The notes under the pieces were generated by a model. That model saw nothing but the letters and a program-made list of their open reading frames with translations, made no database searches and was not told the origin of the DNA. 64,000 nucleotides of DNA, taken from assembly GCA_030431975.1 (NCBI GenBank), contig JAUIHP010000008.1, positions 44,318-108,317 of the forward strand, read 5' to 3'. Source of the stretch: a bacterium. GTDB lineage: Bacteria; Eisenbacteria; RBG-16-71-46; CAIMUX01. Made by a program: the position numbers and the translations under genes. Positions 29,459 to 38,246 of the stretch are shown piece after piece; position 1 is the stretch's first letter; every line of letters begins with the position of its first letter.

Positions 29459-30951
29459 CCCTTGTCCTCCAACGCATTGCCCGAAACGACCTCAGTCTGT
29501 CCCAAACTGGGTCGGACCCGGCCGTCCTGGACGAGGGTCACCCATGCCGCCCCGGCCAGTTGGTTGCTAAGATTGGCGACCAACTCACGTTGATCCCGGT
29601 CCAGCCGGACATTCTTGGGCGGCGCCAGGCCGAGGATGGCAAAGCAGACCTCGCCGTTTCGCAGCTCCGAGAAGTGGCGGAATCCATGCTCATCGACCAG
29701 GTCGAGGTTTTCGACGATCGCGGGCAGGTCGTCAAAGGCTCCGGGCCGGGCTGGTGACACGACGACGTTGCCGTCCCGTCGGATCAGGCGGTAAAGCGGA
29801 TTTCCTTCATCCAAGGCTTTCAGCGGAACGCTTCCCGTCGTCACCGGTTCGAGCTTGCCGGGGGCTCCGTCGGCGCTCGGAATCCAAAGAGAGAGTGCGC
29901 TCGGACCGAGCAGATCCTCGAGAATTCGCTGCAGTCCGCGAATCAATTCCTCAACCGGCCGTCCCGGGACCAGCGCCTGATTGGCACGGGCCCATTCTTT
30001 GCGGAAGTCCCAACGCGACGCGTAGAGATTGCGTTCGAATCGTTCGCTCAGCGGTCGGCGAAACGCCGGGACCAGAGAGAGCAGGGCAAAGATGAGAAGA
30101 AGAGTGGTTCCTCCGTACCGGAACCAGGTCAGACCGCGGTCGGGAAAGAACTGATGCACGATCTGCCCCGTTGCCGCCAGGGCGACGAGGAAGAGGCCGA
30201 GGCCGAGCAGAAGCAGGCTCGAGGTCCGAAGCGCCGCCGACTCCGGCAGGTTGCCGGTCGATGACGAACGGGAGAGCAGCAGCGGCCAACTCGCCACCGA
30301 AGTCGGGACGAGGACCAGCGATCCCAGAGCGAGGAGTTCCATGGGGAGCGCGCCGTAGAGCAGAAGCTGACTCGTGACCAACACCAGCGCCGTTCCGGCG
30401 AAAAGGGGCCCGAAGACCGCACGACTGAGCCCGTCGAGCCCGGCGCGTCGGGCCGCGCCCACCACGGCCTGCAGCCGAACGATGGAGTAGCAACCGACCA
30501 GCAGCAAAGCCACCGCCGTGGCCCTGGCCGGGCCGGGCGCCAAGGCAACGACCAGTTCCCCGTCGGCCCGGTTCAGGATTCCCGGTCCGGAGGAACTCAG
30601 AACCCACGCGAGCAGAAGAGCTCCTCCCAGCGAAGCCAGAAAGATCGCAACCGGTCCTCCGTCGGCCGTGTGCGAGGTCGCCTGCCCAAAGCGGACAGAG
30701 AAGATCGCGATCAGCGGAACGACGAGAACGACGGTGAAGAGGACCGTGCGTTGGAACCAGGCTTCGCGGGCCAGTGGGTGCTCCCCGAGCAAAGCGGAAA
30801 GCCAGGCCAAGGCGACCCCGATCGCGAGATAAAGCACGCCCATGGCCAGGCGGCCGCGGGGATGACCCCGCCCGACCTGAGCCAGGACGGCGGTCAGTGC
30901 GACCGCGCCCGAGGCGATCAAAGGAGCCGTCGATCCCAGGGCCCAATTCAT
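29455..30951 (-). CDS. PrsK-like polytopic membrane sensor with C-terminal GAF-like domain and no kinase core
   Basis: Trimmed to ATG 30951 (ATGA overlap with the upstream stop). About 9 hydrophobic helices, then RWDFRKEW and GEVCFAILGLAPP...LDRDQRELV, resembling the juxtamembrane and GAF part of PEP-CTERM-system kinase PrsK. The ORF stops where a HisKA domain would begin, and the next gene starts by ATGA overlap. Confidence 0.6.
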   Translation of the reverse strand: MNWALGSTAPLIASGAVALTAVLAQVGRGHPRGRLAMGVLYLAIGVALAWLSALLGEHPLAREAWFQRTVLFTVVLVVPLIAIFSVRFGQATSHTADGGPVAIFLASLGGALLLAWVLSSSGPGILNRADGELVVALAPGPARATAVALLLVGCYSIVRLQAVVGAARRAGLDGLSRAVFGPLFAGTALVLVTSQLLLYGALPMELLALGSLVLVPTSVASWPLLLSRSSSTGNLPESAALRTSSLLLLGLGLFLVALAATGQIVHQFFPDRGLTWFRYGGTTLLLIFALLSLVPAFRRPLSERFERNLYASRWDFRKEWARANQALVPGRPVEELIRGLQRILEDLLGPSALSLWIPSADGAPGKLEPVTTGSVPLKALDEGNPLYRLIRRDGNVVVSPARPGAFDDLPAIVENLDLVDEHGFRHFSELRNGEVCFAILGLAPPKNVRLDRDQRELVANLSNQLAGAAWVTLVQDGRVRPSLGQTEVVSGNALEDKG

Positions 30952-32492
30952 GAACCGGAGGGATCCTTCAGTTGCTCGATGAGCTGGGAAGCCTGCGACG
31001 AAATGGGAAGATCCGGATACCGGGAACGGAGTCGTTCCAGAATGGCCACCGCACCGGCGGGGTCCTCGAGTTCCTGGCCGCGGATGTTGGCGGCTTGCAG
31101 GTATGCGAACGGAGAGCGGCGGTCGCGCGGGTATTGCTCCGCCCTCTCGATCAATGTGTTCACCGCGTCCTCCCAACGTTCCAGTCGGACCCAAACGTCC
31201 ACCAGGTGGTCCAGGGTCGAAAGGTGAAGGCCCGACTGCGTCGGATCTCCCGCGGCGTCATCGATGATACGCCGATACTCGCCCGCCGCGCGAAGGAGTT
31301 CTGCCCGCGCTGCGGCCGGGTTTTGGTCCGTCTCGTAGAGATTGGCCAGCTCTTTGGGCGCGAGAAGCCCGGACTGGGTCCGTGGGAACTGGTTGGCCAC
31401 CGAACGATAGCGGCGCACGGCCTCTTCGGTCCGTCCCTGCGTTTCGTAGACCTTGGCCTGCAGAAACTGCGACTGGGACACGAGGTTGATGTCGTGCATG
31501 TACAGATCCTGAACCTTGTCGAAGGTGGCCAGCGCGGAGTCGATGAGGCCGGCCGCCCGTAGGGCGATCGCGGCCTGCATGAGGGCGCCGCCGGAGCGGG
31601 CGTCCCCCGCGTAGTCCCGGTGCAGTTCGAGGAAAAGTTCGGCCGCTCCCAGCGGATCCTTCCCGACCTGCAGCCGCATGTTGGCCTGCGATTCCATGAT
31701 GGAAGGGATCATCGACTCGGCCGCTTCGGCCTGCCGCGCCTGGGTCAACACGGCATCGGCGTCGGCCGGTCTCCCCTGCAGGATGAACGCGTTGGCCTTC
31801 TGCAGCAGGGCGGCGACTTCCGCCGTCGTGCCGCGATGTTCCTTTGCGATGTCGTCGTAGAAAACGTGAGCCACCTCGAGTTCGGCTTTGGCCTCCGAGC
31901 CCTTCCCGATCGCGTCCAGGATCTCCGCTTTCTGGGTCGGCGCCTCCAGGACCAGCGGAAGGGGCTCGCCGTCCGGGTCGACGGGGGGAAGGATTTCGAC
32001 GACCTCGTCCAGAAGGCCCACGATGGCGTCCGGACTTCCGAAGTCCCGGTTGAGCTTGAGCAACTCCGCGTAGACCCGGGCCGTCACCGGTACGTCCCAG
32101 GGCGCCTGACGACGCACCTCATGCAGGGCGTCGATGGCTCCCGTCGAGTCGCTCAGGAAAATGATCCGCATGCGGGAAAGCCCGAGCGCGGCAGATCCCC
32201 GAACCTGTCCGAGAAGCTGAAGTTCGGCACTGTCTGCGGCAACGGCCTCCAGCGGAAAGTCGTCCAGAACCCGGCGGTAGGCGATCGATGCCTGCTCCGC
32301 CTGCGGCTGGGCCGCCTCGGGTTGCGAGTTGATCCGCCGCTCGAGTTGACGGGCCTTCCACAGGGCTCTCTCCGCCTCGTAGCGAACGGTGAGCGGTCCC
32401 CCCTCCCCGCAGGCAGAGAGCAGGAGGACGCCGACCAAGCCCCAACCCCAGAGACGACGAAGGCACCATAGGCGGTTCACATCTAGGCCCAT
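30948..32492 (-). CDS. TPR-repeat lipoprotein (PrsT-like, shorter)
   Basis: Trimmed to ATG 32492: MGLDVNRLWCLRRLWGWGLVGVLLLSAC lipobox. Multiple TPR-like A-x-Y/A-x-A helices (FLQAKVYETQGRTEEAVRRYRSV, FAYLQAANI). Confidence 0.7.
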   Translation of the reverse strand: MGLDVNRLWCLRRLWGWGLVGVLLLSACGEGGPLTVRYEAERALWKARQLERRINSQPEAAQPQAEQASIAYRRVLDDFPLEAVAADSAELQLLGQVRGSAALGLSRMRIIFLSDSTGAIDALHEVRRQAPWDVPVTARVYAELLKLNRDFGSPDAIVGLLDEVVEILPPVDPDGEPLPLVLEAPTQKAEILDAIGKGSEAKAELEVAHVFYDDIAKEHRGTTAEVAALLQKANAFILQGRPADADAVLTQARQAEAAESMIPSIMESQANMRLQVGKDPLGAAELFLELHRDYAGDARSGGALMQAAIALRAAGLIDSALATFDKVQDLYMHDINLVSQSQFLQAKVYETQGRTEEAVRRYRSVANQFPRTQSGLLAPKELANLYETDQNPAAARAELLRAAGEYRRIIDDAAGDPTQSGLHLSTLDHLVDVWVRLERWEDAVNTLIERAEQYPRDRRSPFAYLQAANIRGQELEDPAGAVAILERLRSRYPDLPISSQASQLIEQLKDPSGS

Positions 32493-33340
32493 GCCGCGTC
32501 TCCTTCCTCGGCCCGTCGCGCGCCATAGATTCGGATGATCGAACCGATGATGACGAAGTTGACGAGGACATAGATCAGGACCGCGCCTCCGATCATGGCC
32601 CCGACCAACTCCGGCGAGAGGCTTTGCACGACCCGGTCCGCTCTCCGCAGGACGAAGGACGTCGGGATCTGAAGCAGATTGGGAATGAAGACGACGAGCA
32701 AAGACGCGATCGGATACCGACCCAGGAACGCAAATCCCTGCCCCCATGCTTTGGGAACGGAACTCCCTTCGAGCAGCAGAAAGACGGGCGCATAGATGAA
32801 GAGCGACTCGATGAGGACCTGAAGGGCGAACGTCGAGTAGCGGATGAGACGAACCTGGTTGCCGGTCAGATCAGGCGAGTCGGCCCACAGCTTGGGCAAC
32901 TGCCAGGCCAGGGCGTAGAGCAACAGGATGAGAGGCAGTCGTACCAGCAGCAAGGGTAGGTACCGCTTGGCGACGACGGAGAACTCGTTGGGCCCGGTCA
33001 CGGCCTGCAGCTTCCGATCCGGATGCCGCCAGATGATGACGAGCGCCACGCCGATGAAGAACGTTCCGGCCAGAAAGTCGACCACGAGGTTGGTCTGCGA
33101 GAACAGCCCCGGGAGGGCGACGAAGAACTGCGGATAGTGCAGAACAGCCGGCCCTCCCATCCGCTCCAGAAGAGGGGCCAGGATCTCGACGAGACCGGGA
33201 CGGTAGAACTGCGAAAGCAGCAGGAGAACCAGTCCCTGCACCAAACCGAGGAGCAGGAACGGACGCCAGATACGCAGACGGCCGAGGTCGCGCAGACTCT
33301 CGACCCAGGCCCACAGGGCCAGGTTGATCTGGGAGAGCAA
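32483..33340 (-). CDS. polytopic membrane protein of unknown function
   Basis: 285 aa with about 6-7 hydrophobic segments and no motif I recognise. Embedded between EpsI and the TPR lipoprotein, with a 10-nt overlap downstream. Confidence 0.6.
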   Translation of the reverse strand: MLSQINLALWAWVESLRDLGRLRIWRPFLLLGLVQGLVLLLLSQFYRPGLVEILAPLLERMGGPAVLHYPQFFVALPGLFSQTNLVVDFLAGTFFIGVALVIIWRHPDRKLQAVTGPNEFSVVAKRYLPLLLVRLPLILLLYALAWQLPKLWADSPDLTGNQVRLIRYSTFALQVLIESLFIYAPVFLLLEGSSVPKAWGQGFAFLGRYPIASLLVVFIPNLLQIPTSFVLRRADRVVQSLSPELVGAMIGGAVLIYVLVNFVIIGSIIRIYGARRAEEGDAAWA

Positions 33341-33364
33341 AGAGGCCTCCTTTCCCCTCTCGCC

Positions 33365-33997
33365 TTAGGCCGGTTCTTCTGGGAAGAAACTCGGCAATAG
33401 CGGTGCGAACTCGCCGACCATCCGGTCGATCCACGAGCCGGCGGTCTTCTCGTCCGGGATCTCCAACGTGGAGATCCGGACAAAGGCGCCGAACGAACGG
33501 TTTTCCCGCAATCCCTGTAGGAACATCTGATCCCGAAACGTCCGGACTTCAGCCAAAGCCTTCTGGCCCGCTGTGTACCAGAAGTAGTTCACTTTCTCCA
33601 CCCGATCTCCGCGCACCGCCCGGAAGCGTTTCATCGGAACCGGGCCCAATGCAGTCTCCAGGGTCTCGTCGGGCAGAAACTCGACTTCGAAACCCTGGGA
33701 TTGATAGCAGAGAATCGGATCATGTGCACCGAGACGTGCATTTTCGAAGTACACGACCATCAGCCACAGCGGAACGCCGTCCGGTCTCTCGTAAAGCCTG
33801 GATAGAAACGCGTCCGCGGCAAGGTCGTCGACGACGGTCTGATCCAGTCCGAGTTCCGTTCCCGGAAGCCCGGCCAGACTCGCGGGGCAGGTCTCCAGGT
33901 GCGTCTCCCCCATCGATGTCGGAGGAAGAAGCGCCACGTACGCACCGAGCCCGAGCAACAGAAGCAGGGAGAAACCGATCTTGGCGCGGCTCAGCAT
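33365..33997 (-). CDS. EpsI-family exosortase-associated protein
   Basis: N-terminal anchor and HDPILCYQSQGFE (H-x-P-x2-C motif of EpsI). Its start overlaps the exosortase stop by 7 nt. Confidence 0.8.
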   Translation of the reverse strand: MLSRAKIGFSLLLLLGLGAYVALLPPTSMGETHLETCPASLAGLPGTELGLDQTVVDDLAADAFLSRLYERPDGVPLWLMVVYFENARLGAHDPILCYQSQGFEVEFLPDETLETALGPVPMKRFRAVRGDRVEKVNYFWYTAGQKALAEVRTFRDQMFLQGLRENRSFGAFVRISTLEIPDEKTAGSWIDRMVGEFAPLLPSFFPEEPA

Positions 33998-34974
33998 CGC
34001 AGCAACCTTTGCGCAAGGAACAGAAGGCCGAGTGCCGGAACGAGCATGACGAGTCCGCCGACATCATGGAAAAGCCCGGACGCGGTCTCTGTGTCGATGA
34101 TGGCGGCGACCAGACAAATCGAGGTGATCCGGGCCACGTTGACGACGACCGCGATGGGAAGCGCCGAGGCAAAGAGCAGAAGCCGCTGCCACCAGGAACC
34201 TTTGCCGAAGTATCCGAAGATCGCGCCCAGTGCCATGAGGGCGATGAGATAGCTCATCCCGCTGCAGGCATTCTCGACGGTGAGTTGGCCGCTCGGAAAG
34301 TAGAGGTCCATTCCACGCTGGACGACCGCGGCTCCCATGGCCTGGGACAGCTTCACCGAGTAGTCGGCTGCGACCTCCTTCAGACGAAAGCTCACGCCGT
34401 TCATGAAGATGGGAAGAGCCGGCACCATGAAGAGCAGAAAGACGATCGGAAAGGCGACACGGCGCAGGATCCGCGCGCCGAACCAGGTCCAGACCAATCC
34501 GGCGACGGTCAGGACGAAGGCCCACCCTTGAAAGATGGTCACGTCGCCGCGAATTCCGATGACCTGCAGAAGAACGCCGGCGGTCAGGAGCGGCAGCCCA
34601 AACCACGACGACTGCATGGGCGTACGAAGAAGATCGTCCCTCCGGTGCCAAACCAGAAAGATGGAGAGCGGAAGAACGAAGAACCCGTGCGAGTAGTTGT
34701 CGTTGTTCCACCAGGCCAGGACCAGCGCATGAAAGGTTTGATAGAAACCCGCTGCCAAAAGAAGGATGGCAACCAGTCCGGCCGGCTGAAACCACTTCGG
34801 GATATCCACGCCCGGCCGCGGTTCGTCGGCTCGATTCGTTCCCTCGCCCTTGCCGCCTTCTCCCTTCTTTTCTGTCGGTTTCGGGGACGCCGCGGGCGCG
34901 GCCGGTCCCTTGAACCGGTCGGAAACCGCGGGCCCGGCCGCGGAGGAGAAGTTTCCTGACGAGGCGCTATCCAC
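33991..34974 (-). CDS. exosortase (EpsH/Xrt family)
   Basis: WWNNDNYSHGFFVLPLSIFLVW, catalytic-Cys region ENACSGMSYLIAL, VVVNVARITSI. About 8 TM segments. The N-terminal ~55 aa are a G/K/P-rich extension, so the true start (GTG 34974) is uncertain. Confidence 0.88.
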   Translation of the reverse strand: MDSASSGNFSSAAGPAVSDRFKGPAAPAASPKPTEKKGEGGKGEGTNRADEPRPGVDIPKWFQPAGLVAILLLAAGFYQTFHALVLAWWNNDNYSHGFFVLPLSIFLVWHRRDDLLRTPMQSSWFGLPLLTAGVLLQVIGIRGDVTIFQGWAFVLTVAGLVWTWFGARILRRVAFPIVFLLFMVPALPIFMNGVSFRLKEVAADYSVKLSQAMGAAVVQRGMDLYFPSGQLTVENACSGMSYLIALMALGAIFGYFGKGSWWQRLLLFASALPIAVVVNVARITSICLVAAIIDTETASGLFHDVGGLVMLVPALGLLFLAQRLLRC

Positions 34975-37174
34975 GCGCCTGCTTCCTGTTCGAGTAGTTG
35001 TAGCCGTAGGACTTGTAGCTGTAGTAGTACGGCAGCGCGGAGGTCACGTCGTTCAGGAGCACCCCGGCCAGGTTGTCCCGGAACTCCTTCTGCATCTCGA
35101 CGCTGCGTCGAACCATCTCGCGCGGCGTCACGCCGGCCTTGACCACGATGAGGACTGCGTCGACCTCCGGTCCGATGACCAGAGGATCCGGAACCGGCAG
35201 GTTCGGCGGAGAGTCGATGATGACCCGGTCGAAGCGGTTGCCCAGTTCGTCCAGGAACCACCGGACCCGGTCCGTCGTGATGCACTCCCCGACTTCCTCG
35301 TCACGGACCATCGGCAGAATGGTCAGGTTCGGGCGGATCCAGGTCTGACCGACCGACTCATTCCATTCACGACGCTGCAGGATGGTTCCGACGTGGCTCT
35401 CGCCGACCTCGAGACCAATCTTCGCGGCCACGGTGGGGCGGCGAGCGTCCATGTCGACCAACGCGATTCGTTCGTCCGACAGCTCCTTGGCCATGGTCAG
35501 CGCCAGACACACACTCGCGGTGGACTTTCCTTCTTCGGACCGCGCACTCGTCAATAGGATCGAACTCGGACTTTCGTTGCCGTAACGAAGCAGTGCCAGT
35601 GCGCTCTTTCTGAACTCCTGATAGCCCGGAGAGTCGGCGAGAAATCGCTCGAAGGCCGCGCGTTGCTTGTCCGGGTCCCGGCCGTCCGAGGCGATGCCTT
35701 CCAGCTCCGGAATGGTCCCGACGACGCGCACTCCGATTCGTTCCTCCGTCTCTTTGATGTCACGCAGGGACTGATCGTGCTGTTCGAGCACGAACGCCCC
35801 GAGGACACCGAGAACGAGACCGCCAATGAAGGAGAGGATGATCATGGGCGTACGACGCGGCTTCACCGGCTTCAGCGGATGCTGGGGCGGATCGATGACG
35901 GAGATCTTCTCACCCGCGGAGCTTTCCTCCAGAGCCAGCGAGAACTGCGCCGTGGTGATCTGCTGTTCAAAGGCCTCGAAGATGCGTCGTGCCTGCTCGA
36001 CTTCCTGGACGAGACGATTCTCTTCCAGGCTGGCCCCGGGCATCGACGTAACCGATCCCTGGTACTTGCGGATCTCCCGGTCGAGCTCGGCCGCGCGCGT
36101 CTGGGCCAGTCGCATCTGCACGCTGGCCGCCAGATAGTCGAGAGCGGCCGGGTTGGGAGCTTCCTGGGCCGCAGCCGCGCGAGCTTCCGAAACAAGGCGG
36201 GCCAACTGAATGGCGAGGTTCTCCGGAGACTGGTCCCGCGAAGCTCCGAGGAGACTTTGACGGACGTACTCTCTTTCCAGGTTCTCACCGCGTGAAACCA
36301 CAGCGCCGAGGGCACCCGAACGGAGCTTGGCGTCGAGGCTCTGCGAGGAAACACCCATCCCCTGTCCGGCGGCCTGCGTTGCCTGGCCGCCGAAACGCGC
36401 GATGTCGGCGCGAGCCTGGCGACGAAGTTCGTCGGCTTCGGAGAGGTTGTCCGGGCCAACCAAGCCCGGCGTCACCGAACGCGAGGCCTGGCCGCGACGG
36501 AAGCGTTCGAGGCGGGCCTCCGCTTCGTCCAACTCTCGCTTGGCATCGAGCAACTGCGTCTGACCGAACTCTTCACCGACGCGGATGGCTGCCGTTTGGG
36601 AACGACGATTGGCCTCGATGATTCCGACGACGAGGTTGCTGACCAGCCGGTAACAGCGTCCGGGGTCATAGTCGTTCGCTTGGACAATGATGCGATTGTC
36701 GTCCTCGGCGCGGACCCGGATGACCTGACGAAGGGTGCGATGGAGACGCAGCTCGACCAGTTCGTCCACCGTCAGGTCGGGATACTTCTTCTGGTTCTTC
36801 TCGGCCCAGTTGCGGGTTGACGTGTCGTTACGCATTCCCGTGGCGTCGATGACGCTGTTGAGGAAGTCGGCCGACTGGATCTGCGTTTCCATTCGCATCA
36901 GCCGTTCCTGCAACGACGGGTTGGTCACAAAGGGTTCGAGCTGACGGTTGAGCTGGGTGGGCAGCTCGACCATGAGAGCGGCAGAGCACGAATAAACCGG
37001 CTTCATGATCCGCGGCATGGTGACGACGATGCCGGCGATTCCGGCCAACAGGGTCGGCACGATGACCAGCCACTTGCGGCGCCAGAGCAACTGGAGATAG
37101 GCCCGGAGATCGACCGTCTCCTTCATCGGAGGCCGTTGCTCGGCGGAAGCGTTCGGATATTCGGGGTTTTGCAT
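34967..37174 (-). CDS. polysaccharide co-polymerase / BY-kinase (Wzc/GumC/EpsF-EpsG-like fusion)
   Basis: Wzz-type N-terminus (LRAYLQLLWRRKWLVIV), long coiled-coil periplasmic region, second TM, Walker A SARSEEGKST, A-prime LVDMDARRP, Walker B VIIDSPP, Tyr-rich tail LPYYYSYKSYGYNYS. Confidence 0.9.
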   Translation of the reverse strand: MQNPEYPNASAEQRPPMKETVDLRAYLQLLWRRKWLVIVPTLLAGIAGIVVTMPRIMKPVYSCSAALMVELPTQLNRQLEPFVTNPSLQERLMRMETQIQSADFLNSVIDATGMRNDTSTRNWAEKNQKKYPDLTVDELVELRLHRTLRQVIRVRAEDDNRIIVQANDYDPGRCYRLVSNLVVGIIEANRRSQTAAIRVGEEFGQTQLLDAKRELDEAEARLERFRRGQASRSVTPGLVGPDNLSEADELRRQARADIARFGGQATQAAGQGMGVSSQSLDAKLRSGALGAVVSRGENLEREYVRQSLLGASRDQSPENLAIQLARLVSEARAAAAQEAPNPAALDYLAASVQMRLAQTRAAELDREIRKYQGSVTSMPGASLEENRLVQEVEQARRIFEAFEQQITTAQFSLALEESSAGEKISVIDPPQHPLKPVKPRRTPMIILSFIGGLVLGVLGAFVLEQHDQSLRDIKETEERIGVRVVGTIPELEGIASDGRDPDKQRAAFERFLADSPGYQEFRKSALALLRYGNESPSSILLTSARSEEGKSTASVCLALTMAKELSDERIALVDMDARRPTVAAKIGLEVGESHVGTILQRREWNESVGQTWIRPNLTILPMVRDEEVGECITTDRVRWFLDELGNRFDRVIIDSPPNLPVPDPLVIGPEVDAVLIVVKAGVTPREMVRRSVEMQKEFRDNLAGVLLNDVTSALPYYYSYKSYGYNYSNRKQARG

Positions 37175-37205
37175 GTCCGTCTTTCGTCCTACCGGTTCCG
37201 AGTCT

Positions 37206-38246
37206 CTAATTGTTGTTCTCGTCGTCGTTGTTCGTCAGCACGTCACGAATGAGGATCAGATTGAGAAGATCCCGCGATGCGTCCAGCGTCCCGCGAAGCG
37301 CGGTCAGCGCGACCTGTGCGACGTTCGGGTCCCGTATCGGGACATGGATCGAGTCACCCGGGCGAATCTCGGGTCCGCCGCGTCCGCTCTGCAGTTCGCG
37401 TTCCAGGTCCACCCTCATGAGGAAGGTGCCCCCGCTCTGATCGGCGGCCAGGACCTCGATCTCGTTCCAGTTGGCGACCGGAGAAAGGCCCCCCGCCACC
37501 GCCAAAGCCTGGAAGAGGGTCATGTTGGAACTGACTCCGATCGGGCCTGACGCACCGACTGCGCCCATGACGTAGGCCGAGCCGGCTCCCAGTCCGCCAC
37601 CCACTCCGCCGCCGACCGCGCCCGCGCCGCCCGGGACGATGATGAGGTCGTCGCGCTGCAGGCCGGGCAGGCCCCTGAGGTCACCCGTTTCCACAGCTCG
37701 GGAAATGTCGACCGGGATCGTCCGCTGAGCGTCCCCATCCCTACGTACGATACGGACGCCGGAAAGGTCCGCCGTCGGTCCCAGTCCGCCGGCCTGTGCC
37801 AGCAGGTCCATGATCTCCGGGATCTTTTCGAATGAGTAGCGGCCGGGACTGGCCACTTCTCCGGCCAGGAAGACCTTCTGGCTGTTGAAGGCAACGACGC
37901 TGATCGTGACCTGAGCCGTTCGGCGCAGGTTGTTGTAGATCTCACGCTCCAGATCGCGGGCCAGGGTCGTGGTCGTCTTCCCTGCCGCCATGACATCTCC
38001 CAGCGGCGGGAAGCTGATCGTCCCGTTGACACGCACGACCACGGTCCGGCTGAGCTGCGGATTCTCCCAGACGCTGACGCCCAGGACGTCGTCGGGGCCG
38101 AGCACGTACTCCTCGTCCGCGCGAGCCGATCCCGCCAATCCCGCCAAAAGGAGAGTGACGAACGTGCAAAGGCCGACGAGAACCTGCAGCGGTCTCCAGC
38201 CGTTCCACGAGGCTTGATGCGATGTGCTTTCCCTAGCCGCAATCAT
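37206..38246 (-). CDS. polysaccharide export protein (Wza/EpsE-like: Poly_export + SLBB)
   Basis: Trimmed to ATG 38246 (ATGA overlap). Signal peptide, then YVLGPDDVLGVSVWENPQLS...VNGTISFPPLGDVMAAGKT. Confidence 0.88.
   Translation of the reverse strand: MIAARESTSHQASWNGWRPLQVLVGLCTFVTLLLAGLAGSARADEEYVLGPDDVLGVSVWENPQLSRTVVVRVNGTISFPPLGDVMAAGKTTTTLARDLEREIYNNLRRTAQVTISVVAFNSQKVFLAGEVASPGRYSFEKIPEIMDLLAQAGGLGPTADLSGVRIVRRDGDAQRTIPVDISRAVETGDLRGLPGLQRDDLIIVPGGAGAVGGGVGGGLGAGSAYVMGAVGASGPIGVSSNMTLFQALAVAGGLSPVANWNEIEVLAADQSGGTFLMRVDLERELQSGRGGPEIRPGDSIHVPIRDPNVAQVALTALRGTLDASRDLLNLILIRDVLTNNDDENNN

Noticed and set aside
29455-31194. Long N-terminal extensions in track ORFs (29455..31194, 30948..32747, 37206..38624, 21927..23030, 10107..11159, 47952..48410, 52144..53016, 27867..28562)
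   Set aside because: The extensions overlap the upstream gene or intergenic repeats and are Arg/Pro/Gly-rich. Internal starts give signal peptides or lipoboxes or ATGA/GTGA coupling to the upstream stop, so the CDS were trimmed accordingly.
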